Shown in pieces: positions 1 to 12,900 of a stretch of DNA of 64,000 bases (positions are counted from its first letter, which is position 1; the number at the start of each line of letters is the position of its first letter). The notes under the pieces were generated by a model that was given only the letters and a program-made list of their open reading frames with translations, ran no database searches and was not told the origin of the DNA. The stretch covers positions 111,042,001-111,106,000 of the forward strand of contig CM059434.1 in assembly GCA_030390025.1 (NCBI GenBank), read 5' to 3'. Position numbers and translations under genes: made by a program. The DNA comes from Squalus acanthias (lineage: Eukaryota).

Positions 1-305
1 CTAAGGAGAGAGGTTTGGTGAGTCTTCAGTACAAGGGCTCACCTTAGAACAGAGATTGTCAGTGTTTGACAGCTTCTCTAAGCTGTCAAATGCTGACAAT
101 TCATCTGTCAAAAAATTTTGACAGATGAAATGTCATACGCTGACGTCCTCTGTCACCGGCTTTCCCTTAATTGGCCGGCTAAGCCCGCAGGGCGGGCTTA
201 ACAAGGTCAATCAAGGGAAAATAGCGTGGGTTGGCCGGACATCATTGGGGACGGGACTAAAACCCGAAAACCAGCAGTCCCGCCCCCATTGACAAAATCC
301 AGCCC
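1..305 (-). mobile_element. Terminal part of a GC-rich MITE (same family as 45987-46810), cut by the window edge
   Basis: About 50-305 aligns by eye to the reverse complement of 45987-46260; ends in ...ATTGACAAAATCCAGCCC, matching that element's terminus. Confidence 0.75.
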
Positions 306-723
306 ACAATTTCTGTTTCTCTTTCACTCTTTCCGTCTTCCTCTGTATGGCTTTCACACACCTCTTATCATCACCTGCAGCTTTCTATCTGATTTTTTCC
401 TCTCACTTTCTCATCCTACTCTTTCTGCACGTCTATTCTTCCCTAGATTTTCTCTTCCGTTTGTTTCTCATGGTGTCTGGAAGCAACTTACACATTTTCT
501 TATAGATATTGTGACACTGTGCCTCCCCCCCCCACCATAAAGCTTGGGTATGCAGAGATAACCAAAATGTAGCTGGTTGGAGGCAAGAATCCTCACTGGG
601 CTGGTTGGAGAGACCATCAGGGAGATGTTGGAACAGACATGGGTATAAAAGGAGAGGCGGGGGCGGAGCGATAAAGTGGCCCATGCATTGAAAAATACAA
701 ACGATCCTACGCAAAATAAATAC

Positions 724-918
724 CTTGAACTGAAGCAAATATCCAGGTTTGAGAGTCAGGTCCCGCGTCACAGCAACCCGATCGCCATCAGATTTCCCAA
801 ACACCATGGCTGAGTGGGTCATGGAGCAGAAAGTCTCATTGCTGCCCATGCCCTCGTTAGCCAGCATCAACCAAATGCTCAGCTGGCTTAGTGGGATATC
901 ATAGGAGGGCGTGTAGTC
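724..918 (-). CDS. RELN: Reelin exon (exon 27 equivalent), 195 nt
   Basis: [65 protein letters not shown]; acceptor TTGCAG, donor GTATTT. Confidence 0.95.
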
Positions 919-3900
919 CTGCAAGGCAAGGGAGAAACAAAAATGCATTAAATGATAAATATCAGTCCGCCATAATCTGCGACCTGCCTTACTGAGAGGG
1001 GACATTTTATAAGTAGCTGATTTACCTTACTGCCAACACACAAGATTTAAAAAAACAGGAGAAATGTGTTTTAATGTTAAAGGAGAGCGGTCACGCATCG
1101 CGCAGTTTGTGGTGTAATGACCTATTTGTTCGGAAATGAGAATTTTGTTGATCCTTTAATGTTAGTGATGCTGTAGCAATGTTGCAATTAAACAACTGGT
1201 CAGGTTCAGGCTTCAGTAAATCAGTCGGCAAGATGGAGCCTGTAAGCCAGCAGTGAGCTGCTTAGTGTAAAGTTGCTTTCAAACACAATAAATCCAGTTG
1301 AGTTGCCATTTGATGCTGGATTATTGGGAAGCCTAAACAAGATAACATCAGAATAACACATGTGGAATGGACAGATAAGCTGCTTATAACCACACTGTTT
1401 ATAACAGTTTCAATGCTCGCTGTGCAATGGAGCAGATGCACGAGTGTTCTAAGGACATCCAAGCGAGTCATCCCTGGAACACCCTACTCTATGAACTAGG
1501 CTCGGGTGTCACCGTTTGCCCACTGTCAAAAGCAGGATGTGGTGTTAACTTTTGAAATGTGCATTTTCAACTGCTATTTTACTTTTGATTCAATGTATAA
1601 AAAATCTGCACAGAAAACAATCTTCTAATGTCATCGTGTCACTGAACACATCAGTGTGCCTCTGCTCCTGCCTACAAATACTTTTGCCTTGTGAGACACA
1701 TTCCCTTTTTGATGATAATCCTTTAAATTTGTTTTTCAAAATGTCGCTGATGGTTAAAATTTACACATGCAGTTTCAAAAATGATGACTCAAATGATTTC
1801 TTTTTCAAACTATCAGTGCTAAGTAGATATTTGGAGCATAGAAAAATCGGAGCAGGAGTAGGCCATTCAGCCCCTCGAGCCTGATCCGCCATTCAATATG
1901 ATCATGGCTGATCCTCTATCTCAATACCATATTCCCGCTCTCTCCCCATACCCCTTGATGCCTTTTGTGTCTAGAAATCTATCTATCTCCTTCTTAAATA
2001 TATTCAGTGACTTGGCCTCCACAGCCTTCTGTGGTAGAGAATTCCACAGGTTCACCACCCACTGAGTGAAGAAATTTCTCCTCATCTCAGTCCTAAATGT
2101 CCTACCCCATATCCTGAGACTGTGACCCCTCGTTCTAGACCCCCCAGCCAGGGGAAACATCCTCCCTGCATCCAGTCTGTCTAGCCCTGTCAGAATTTTA
2201 TATGTTTCAATGAGATCCCCTCTCATTCTTCTAAACTCTAGTGAATACAGGCCCAGTTGACCCAATCTCTCCTCATACGACAGTCCTGCCATCCCAGGAA
2301 TCAGTCTGGTGAACCTTCGCTGCACTCCCTCTATGGCATGTATATCCTTTCTTAGGTAAGGAGACCTAAACTGCACACAGTACTCCAGGTGTGGTCTCAC
2401 CAAGGCCCTGTATAACTGTAGTAAGACATCCTTGCTCCTGTACTCAAATCCTCTTGCAATGAAGGCCAACATATCATTTGCCTTCCTAACTGGTTGCTGC
2501 ACCTGCATGTTTGCTTTCAGTGACTGGTGTACAAGGACACCCAGGTCTCTTTGTACATCAATATTTCCCATTTCTCTAATGGGTGATGATAAGCTCCATA
2601 AACTCTGCAGGCTGACATTTAAAACAGAGCTTGTTAAAGTTTAGGAAGGCTGCAATGTACAATATCACATTGTGGACATCACACTAAAGGCTGTAGCATC
2701 CTTAACAAGCACAGATAAGTATAGGAGGTCCTGAATACCATTTCCTTATCAAGATTGTTTGACCTGGACACGGAAAGCCACCACCTCACAGTGAATAGAC
2801 TTTGTTATTGAATTTTGTGATGAAACACTGTAAACAACAGGGTGATTGATCACATTGCTGGGCTGTTAGATATAATTCAATTTTGTTTTGGGGGAAATCT
2901 TTATATAAATGCAAGCTGCTGTTGTTGTTTGTACTAGTCAAGGTAATGGGCGTCAGTACTGTGGAATGGTACAGTTTCCCACTTTTGGCAGCCGACATCA
3001 GTACCAGGCGCTCTGATATCAGGTACAGCACGGGCAAGATGGAAAGTAAAACTCCCTCCACTCTGCCTTAACCGTAGAAGAGTGCCCCCTAGTGCATCAT
3101 TGTGGTATTTCCATTCCCCATACGAGCAGAGCCGTCATCATTGGATAAAACCGGCCTGAGAGATTTTCAGTTGCAAACCATGTGCCTACTCCCAAAAGCA
3201 AGGTTAAAGGCAGTCAGTTGTGTACATCTCCTGGCCCACAGGGGACGGCTGCTCTGTGACATCACTGATGGGGAAGCATCGTCTAGCTGCTTCATTCATT
3301 GCAGTGCTAATCACAACTTTGAATGGGTCGAGGAAACAATGAGGAGCCGCCAACCTCAGAAACCACGCCATTGGCTGGTTATGCTGCATAACCAGGAGTG
3401 TGTCAGGTCTCCATAGGAATTAAAGATTAGCGTCCCGATTTTCTGCTGGCATTTCTGCCTGGGGCAGGCAGGCTGGGAAATCAGCCAGGGAACCGTTCCA
3501 TTAGCTTCCAGCCAATCACCGTCACGTCGGGGATTTTCTGCCGGAAGTGATGACAAACATTAAATGCTCCCATCCAAATGTTGGCGAGTGCATTCAAAAT
3601 GGTTGGGAAAGATAGTTTGATGCCAGACATCGTATTTCTTGATCGCTATAGCAATGCTGGACACAATGGGCCGAATGGCCTCCTTCTTGCCGTTATGACT
3701 CCATGACAAGTATGTTACTACAAAAGCAAAATACTGCGGATGCTGGAAATCTGAAATAAAAACAGAAAATGCTGGAAATACTCAGCAGGTCAGGCAGCAT
3801 CTGTGGAGAGAGAAACAGAGTTAACGTTTCAGGTCGATGACCCTTCGTCAGAACTGGAAAAAGTTGGAGGTGGAACAGGTTTTTAAGCAAGTGTAGGGGC

Positions 3901-6900
3901 AGGGAGAGGGGGGAGGGGAGGAAAGAACAAAAGGGAAGGTTTGTGATAGGATGGAAGGCAGGAGAGATTAAGAGACAAAAGGGATGATGGTGCAAGGCAA
4001 AAGGAGGTGGTAATGGGAAAATTTAAGAAACAAAAGATGGCTGTAGATGAAGTGTAAATGGCAATGGCAGAATGATCAACAGCTGCCATGTGAGAAAGAG
4101 AAGAAAAAAAAGATAGGGGCAGAGGTTATGGTCTGAAATTGTTGAACTCCTTGTCGAGTCCAGAAGGCTGTAAAGTGCCTAATCGAAAGATGAGCTGCTG
4201 TTCCTCGAGCTTACGTTGAGCTTCATTGGAACAGTGCAAGAGGCCGAGGACGGAGAGGTCTGAGTGGGAGTGGAGCGGAGAATTAAAGTGACCGGAAGCT
4301 CGGGGTCACCCTTACGGACTGAACGGAGGCGTTCCACAAAGCGGGCACAAGTATGTTACTGGTGCCCATGATGTTATGGCAGGCAGGAGAGGATATAAAT
4401 TTGACACCCACCCCCTTCCTCAAGGGAGTGACATCAATCAGGGGGTAATTCCATCGCACACCCACAGCCCGCAAATTTAACGATCGAACGCCCCTCCTGT
4501 TCAGCTGCCCTAGAGGCAGCTGGCAATGCTCTGCTGCTGCAGGCGTCCAATGACTACAGCAACTATATCCCCCTCCACCCCCGAGGCAGGCTCCTTGACA
4601 CAACTGGGAACCTCTCCAGCAGCCTGCCAAAAATATTATAGTGAAGTTGGCCCTGAGAGACTTCCCCAGGTCAGCGACGACCGATTCCGACAGGCCATCT
4701 TCACACCAAGCTCCTTCCAGAACATTCCCATTTTTAATTCACCTGCTGCTGAGACTGAGTACAGGCTTCTCAGATTACTCCTTCTGCATGTGCACTCTCT
4801 AATGATGGGAGCTGAGCCGCCTCTATTACAGCCAGGGCCTTTTTTTCTCCCACTCTGCACTGAGAGAGACAGGGCCCTTCACAGGCTGGAGTTCATAAGC
4901 CTCACACTGAGGAGGCATTAGATTGTGAACTCGTGGCGTATAGTTGGCAGGCCTACACAGGAGCCTTTATTGCAGCCTCGTAAAGTAAGATTGCCAATTT
5001 AATGCCCATTAGTGCACCTCTGTTTCACCACACTTACATGCTGTAAAAGACAAACTAATCAGCTTGCTGAACTTGAACACCAAGTCTTATTTAACAACTG
5101 ATTTCATGCTTCAGCTCCCTCAGTCAGAACAGGCAAATAGCTACAATTATCTTTCACTTGTACCCCATTTAGAACTGCTTCCAATCTAAGAAGTCCCACA
5201 ATATAAGCCAGTTCCTATTACAGCAAGTTCAGGACACGTATTCTGGGATTGGCAGTAACACCATTTTAATCTTGCACGTGTGCGATTGTTACAAGGTTAC
5301 TTTTGCAGCGTTGTTATTCTGGACATGGAGCTTTCCTGCTGTGCGAGGAATGTCTGTACAGGCTGACAGTGCGAAAATCATATCACTGACTATTACGCTG
5401 AGCTGAGATCTTATCCTGCGCAGATCAAGAAGAAAACAGCAGCACCGATGCCAAGCGGCACCTGAGGCAGCCATTTTCATTTCCCACCAGCAGTGTTTTG
5501 CTGGAGTTGGTTTCCTGATTTCCAGTCACAGCCCTGTAATATAATTGAGCTGTTAAGAGAATTTTTTACTGTAATTTTGGACTGAACAGCCAGGAAACAC
5601 AGTTCTATTTCTGACCTCTCTTTCCCAAGCACCATCAGTGGCACAACTGTCCAATAGGCTGACACTCCAATGCAGTGCTGAGGGAGTGCTGCACTGTCAG
5701 AGGTGCCGTCTTTGGGATGAGACGTTAAACCGGGGCCCCGTCTGCTCTCTCAGGTGGATGTAAAAGATCCCATGGCACTATTACAAAGAAGAGCAGGGGA
5801 GTTATCCCCGGTGTCCTGGCCAATATTTATCCCTCAATCAACATCACTAAAACAGATTATCTGATCATTATCACATTGCTGTATGTGGGAGCTTGCTGTG
5901 CTCAAATTGGCTGCCGTGTTTCCTACATTACAACAGTGACTCCACTTCAAAAGTAAAGGGTAAAAGCTGTAAAGGGCTTTGGGCCGTCCTGAGCTCATAA
6001 AAGGCGCAATATAAAACAAGTCTTTCTTTTTTTCTTTATCAAATGAAACAAGGATATAATGGGTTATGCTGCTGCTGTAGTAAAACTTCGGTCTATTGGG
6101 AAATCATGGGTATGAGAGCTTGCTCATTCCACACATATTATTAGTTGTTATTGCAATATTGGAGGGTATACCATGCACAAAATGGCTTGTTACAGCTCGT
6201 TTCTCTCCTGGACAATTTTAGCTGTTTTACATCACTGTCATGGTGAGTCCCAACTACCCCTATGTTGATGATCTGCTCTTGCCTGGAGATCTAAGCAAGC
6301 TTTCAGTAATATTCCCAGAAAATGATCAACAAACCCTGTCTGATAATTGCTTCTGCTACCAGACTTATCTAATGCCTTCATAGGATCTCACTCCAACCTT
6401 CAAAGGTGGTAAAGCATTATATCAGATCTTGTTTTAAGTTTAAAAGATCAAGTAATCTTACTTTACAAAAGGTGAACAAGCACATAGGTAACAGCCATAT
6501 AATATAGTTATATATTTAGAGTAGATATCATTCCATCTAACTCAATGAGTGGATATAAAGTAGAGGTCACAACTCTAAGAACTAAGCTAATCCTTTGTAA
6601 CGGTCTTATAAATAACAATGCTACTTTTCCCAGAAATTCTTACTCCTTGGGAGCCTGATTAATCTACAAATTTTGGAAATTCAAACCTATGATCTTCTCT
6701 ATTTTAGGAGTTTAAAACTGATTGAAAATCTCAGAGAAGAATTAAACAGACTCCTGGTTGTAAACAGAACAGCCCTTTTTATATCCCAGAAAACAGTTAA
6801 CAAGGATTTCTTAGAGTTTGATTATCTGACCATCCAAATAAAAAAAAAACAACTATCACAAACTGAACAAATCACACAGGGTTGTTTAAGTTTAAATTAA

Positions 6901-9900
6901 TTCTCCCACCAGCCTGTAACCAACGAAACTTATAACCCTGTTTTGGGCGAGGCTTGATACAAGAACTTGAGCTGGAGTTGATTTTTAAATTGCTTGGGGG
7001 AAAAATTCAATTGGTTGCGCCTCCCGTTAGCGCCTTAAGAGGGCGCTAATGGGGCGCAAAGCAGCTAGCGCCCGGGCGCAGCGATGTTTGCGCCGCTCGC
7101 GAACTTAACTAGACATTTTGCGGCGGCGCTAAACTTTATCGCCGCGATCTCCTGCGCCGGCAGATCATGACGTCACTCGAGTGCGCAACGCCCCGGTATC
7201 GCCCCGGAGCGGATATTGAGTGGCGCCCCCTGCCTTACCGCCTGACGCTAGCAACGACAGGTTGAGGGGAGCGTTCTGCAGTCATGAAGGGAAAGGGGGA
7301 GCGCTATTTAAAGGTGACCGCTTCCTGCCTTTTATTGTTGGTGCCATTTTTGAACTACGCATTCTGAGAGAGAGAGAGAGAGAGACTTCTGGAGAGATTC
7401 AACGTTGTGTGAAGGAGTTTTGGGTACTGAGCAGCACTTTGCAGGTTCATTTTGATTTGCCATTCCTTGTATCGATTTAGCAGAGACTGTGGGGGCTGCA
7501 CTCTGAGCTCTTTGCCTGGTACTCTCCATTGTTCTTTCCAGCAGATTTGATGTGCAGGTCTCTCCAGGCCGAGATTCAAGGCTGCAATGAGCAGGATGTG
7601 GATGGAAAGCAAGATTAACCATCCCCTTTAAGAACTGGCCCGTGCCATTGTGTGTGTGTTCCATTGCTGACTGACATTACATGAGCTTCGCCAGCGCTCT
7701 GAGGTAGCGCCTCGCTCCTCGGCCTTTGCGCCTTAAGAGAGGTGTGAAGCGCCTGATTTAGCGCTGCAATCACCTCCAGGGGCGATAAAAGTCAAGTTTG
7801 CAGTCGGTGGCGATAATTAGCGCCAGGCGCTAATCTTTGCGCCCGGCCGATATTTGCGCCCCAAACGGGGCGCGACTGAATTTTTCCCCCCTTATGTTCT
7901 GTGACTGGATTTAAAGACACATCTACCTGATTTTTGTCACACCAATGAATAGTTGTTCCAGTACTGATTCCCCAAATTGTTCTGCTGGGCCCCACAAGGA
8001 AAGTCTGGACCTCCGCTACTCCGGGCTTCCCCATCACCAGTGATTCCCTACCACCAACCACCCCGTGGCTTACACGAGGGTCGTCCTCGAGGCCGCCCAA
8101 TCTTCCAGTGCTAGCACAACATTGGGCGGGTTTGACACTCGCCCCCTGCCTGCCCCAAACCCACTCCAAGTCAAAATCCCCCCCACAGTTTTAATGACCT
8201 TTGTTCTGGGATATCCAGGAGCTATATCTTGGAAATACTGCACAAAGACAGCAGACAGTAGTAAAAAAAACCTCAAAAACGTAACACTTGGCAGACAAGA
8301 TATAACAATTGTTTTAAAGTAGACAACAGAACCAGTTTCACCTCTATTATTAAAGTAAATCCTCTTACAGCACAAGACTCAGTCACAGATTTGGATCCTT
8401 GTAGGGGACATTCAGCTTTTTTACTTCCAAAGGTAGATAAAATGACCATATCTAAAGAAAGGCCAGAGACTCCACACAGTATTTGTCACACTGTTGAACT
8501 GTCTGCCTTTGGCCATCCTGACTGATCAGCAATGGAACAGGGTCACCTCTGTGTGTCTACCTTCTCTTCTTCTCTGACAGCTTTGAGGACTTTTAATGGT
8601 CCCTTTACATAATAACACTGATGTGGAGAGCAGCCCTAACTTTTGCCTCTAGGTGCTGAGACCCATCTGAAGAAATGTAAGCAACAGCATCCTTAAGGAA
8701 CAATTCCGTAATCCAGTGCTCCCCTCAATTTCCTGAAGATGCGCTCCCTACGAGCACCGCTCCTCATTGGGAGCACCGGATCAGGGAATCACTCATAAAC
8801 ACTCTTCCGTCAGTGGAAGGGGCTGCCATTTTTATTTGCCATGGGTAGGCTTTACAATATACAGTGTGTATGGGAGCAATTCCTCTATGGACGCCAGTTT
8901 GCAGTGAATTTTGTTCTGTAAACAAATTATCCCTCAGGCACAGAGGTTTTCACATTAGTGGCAGAGCATCGTGAAAACACTGTCATGGAGTGTGAATGAG
9001 TTTAGCTTTAATCTACAATGCATGTCCCTAGGCAACATGAGTTGTCAGTTGCTGTCATCTCCAGGAGGATCTTATCTGGTTATACAAGCCATTTCTAAAT
9101 CGAAAGTTCGAAAAGAAAATGGTCTTCCCCCACAAATTCAGCAAATAAGCATGCTTTTATTGGTAAATATTTCAAACACTGTAGAATAATTAAATAGCAG
9201 GAACTTGAATGGGTCTCTCCAGGTGCTTTTGCACTGGTACCTGTTTTGTTTGGATTACAGGATGCTAGCACCTTTGTTATGGCTCCCTGGGCCCATGTTG
9301 CTATAGTTTTGAAGCAGAATGATAGACCCACTACTAAACAAGCACCAGCATAAAAGTGCCTTTTGCGTCCATTTCTCTTGTGTGCAATACTGGAGACGGC
9401 TGAGCCAGGTGCACCATCAGGCGTCTGAATATTTGCATCTATTTTTGTGGCTGTGATTGTGATGACTTTGGGCAAGAAACAGAACTTTAAAAGAAAAGAT
9501 GACTCTGTGCACTGATAAAATCTTATCCATAAACACCTCTCTTATTTTATTAATACTGAAAGTCACAGGCCTCCTCTATGGAGTCTTGTGTCCAGATATT
9601 TGCTGAACTATAGGGCAACTGACTTGAGTGACATAAGACAAGGTGATCCCGTACAGCACATCCTCTCCAGATCATATGATTGTAATTAGTTGAGGTTGTT
9701 GCTTATAAAAAGCTGGGATATATCTGATAAGTAAGGCAAATTATAGAGAATGCAGGGCTAGGTGGCAAATTTACTGAAGTTTCTACTGCAGATGTTCATC
9801 CACGTGAGTTAGAGGGAAACAGCTAGAGCTCACTTTGTCTGGGACCTTTCTTGGGATTTGAACAGGATCTCAAAAGTGAAGAGAACTATTGCTACCTGTT

Positions 9901-12900
9901 AAAGGGATATTGTCGCGGTATCATTTAGTTTTTCAAAGTCAGTTGTTGCAGTAACTAGGGACAGCTTACTCTGAACAGTCAGTTGAAATACTGTCAAGCA
10001 CTGCTCAAAACTGAAACTATAAAAACTAGAAAGCAAGTCATTCATAAACAGTCAAGGTTTGAACCTGATTAACCTCCTATATCCCAATGATTACTGAATC
10101 TTTCAGTTATCTTTCTTGGCAATTTTTAATGATTTATAATGGCGCAATTAAGACATTATAATTTGCTCAGCTTATCAGATATATCCCAGCTTTATAAGGG
10201 CTACAACCTTGACTAATTACAATCTGAGTATTTTATTAATGATAAAAAAATGCTCCATTCTGGCAATTAGATTTTATGGCAAGACATATATGTGTATAAA
10301 GTTCAGATCTGTTTCCTTAACCTATTACCACAAGCAATTCCAGTCTTTCTGTGATTATTTCCAGTGCATGGCGGATATCAGTCTATATTTTATATCGAAC
10401 GTTGCTGGTTCATATAAAGTAGCTGGATTTATGAGTATCAGAATGTGACTGGAACTCCATTAGCCACCTCCAATACTTACTCCCTGGAAGTAACTGGCAG
10501 GGCATGGGGTTTTGAAAGGACTCCTCTCATCCTAGTCCCCAAAGATACAGCACCTCAGTGGGCCACTGAAGATAGAGATCTTCAAAATAAACATTTAACT
10601 TTACGGAAGCAAGAAAGTCAGTTACATAAAATTGCTGGTGCCGACAGCTACTGAATCTATTAAAGGGACATTTCACACAATTTATTGATGTATCTTATCT
10701 GCCTGATTGCTAATGCTAACCAACATTACACTCCCCATTACACTGGCTCTGAAGTAGAAAACAAGATTGATTTTTTAAACTGTCTGCATAGTTTTACTAT
10801 TTTACATTTATTTATTTTTTCACTTAAAGAACAGTCCCTCTCCATTGCTTTAATTGTGCGGGTTTTTTTTAATAAATTGGACAGCTGGCAGGCTCTGGGA
10901 ATCTCAGGTCTCCCTGGGCCAACCAGATTTTTTGTGTTCAGCTCATGTTCTGAGATGTGGGAAATTAACATTAATATTACAGTGATAAAGCTACTCAAAC
11001 ATCAGGAATAACTATTAACGGCACACCACTAAATGAAACAGCCTAAACAAAATTTACATAAAAATAACATTTAAATTCCTGAAAATATAAAGTGCAGGCG
11101 GTATAATTTGCATGGCTGCATCACAGATAACTGCAGGCCGATCTTTGCTGTGCTAATTATGTCGAAACTGGTTAGTGCTATCTGCAACCCAATTGTGTCC
11201 GGCAAGGTAAATGTCTGAAGTACTGTAAGGATTAATCTCCCAGCCTGCTGAATGAGCTTATCTGCCATTTTACTTGATGTGCGTGTCTACGTATTGGTTG
11301 TGGGTGTCACTGATGGAGTTAATGTGGGATGTTTGATTTAGCTCAGTGATGAAATTGTAGTTTAATTGTCCGCAAAATGTCAGGTCCGGGGATGGAAAAA
11401 AAATGTTTTCTTTTTAACACTTAAACATGCCGAATTATATTTTGCACTCCTGGTGACAGAAGGCTACAGATCATCTGTAGTAATATTTTTTGTGAATCGT
11501 TTGACTGGAGCTTCTCCAAGTAAAGTTCTGTAATAAAAATGGTGACATTTGTTACCTGCTGTATTGTCGGGGTGATGATGGGGATAATCTGCTTCTGTCG
11601 CTCTGATAAAATGATGATGTCATCAATAGCCCACTGATCATATCCCTCACCGGAGTGAACTGGCTGCCACCAGCGGAACCTCGTACAAGTGGTCTTAGCA
11701 GAAGCCGGAAGCTCAAAATAAACAAATCTGTTGAATGTAACACAAATGATCGAAAACAAAATTATTTCTGTTTCATTTCATTGTTTAAATTTGCTTTTCT
11801 TTCGCTCTACAAGCTTGGATCATGCTCAGACAAGAGGACAAAGAAAAATCTAATTCCCGGGCCTTTGCGAATAGACCTGTTGAACCAGCTGCAGCAGAAC
11901 CTTATATTGTCCCCCTCCTTCCTGGGTGTGAGTGCCTCCCCTTCACTCGGTGCCTTCCTCTGACGGAATAGCTGAATTCTTTAAACTCACTTTGAGAGGG
12001 TTCACGGGCCCAAAACTGACATGTTGCAACAACGCAGTACATTTGCGCCCGCCGTCAGTAAAATGTGGCCCGGGGAGGGGGGCAGCAGCGTCTATACCAG
12101 ACAGCTGTCATCTGTAGAGGAGTCAGGGAAAACCACTCTGGAAGTGGTTGCAAGTTCCTCTGAATGAAGCCTCATTTACTTTACAAAGCTGAACCGAGAG
12201 CTGACAGCAGTACTTTAGTGTAAAGTAATTAGTTGGTGATGATTCTATGGCAAATCTGGTGAAAGGCACCTTTGAAGAGCAACTTTGTGCTGCTTGGTGC
12301 AACAGTGGCCGGGTTTGCCTTCAGTGTGTGTTTAGTTGACTTGAATCTAATAAACAAGGCACTGGTATGTATGTGTTCCCTCCCCGAGTCGTACCTGGGT
12401 TGACTGAAATCGGAAAAGTACATCTCTGAAAGTAGGTGCCAGGTTATGCCGCCATTGTTGCTGTACTGCAATAAGACACTCTCCTCTCTGCTGTCGGGCA
12501 TGTTACAGGAGCCTGTGTCCCCTCCAATCCGAACGTAGAACTGGATAAAGTCCACCCATTGGGTGTCCAGGTCCCAGCTGACCAGCTGCCTCTTCCCATT
12601 CTGGACGAACAAGTGAATGCGATAAGGTTTTAATGTTACAGTATCTGATGCGCCTTTTATTTAACATTGTTATAGCAATCAACAGCATACGAAGGAACTG
12701 CTGGGAAATGACTCACCAAATGTGGGGGGCGAGAAAGATCAAAGGTGATTGTTCTTTGCAAAACATGAAAGAGAAAACAAACTGTCATCGTGGACTGGGG
12801 CCCACAGCCAGATTTTCTCTCCTCCTGTCTCAGAGATACTGAGTGTAGTTCCAATGGACACCTGCTCACCTCCAGCACCTCAGCCAAGTGATTATCCGTC

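Noticed and set aside
433-1005. 190-aa ORF as a standalone gene
   Set aside because: Only 724-918 is reelin-like; the rest is intron read-through beyond clear splice sites.
6996-7890. CpG island of a nested host gene
   Set aside because: TIRs, a 3-bp TSD and related copies in the window identify it as a transposon derivative; no downstream exons of another gene were found.
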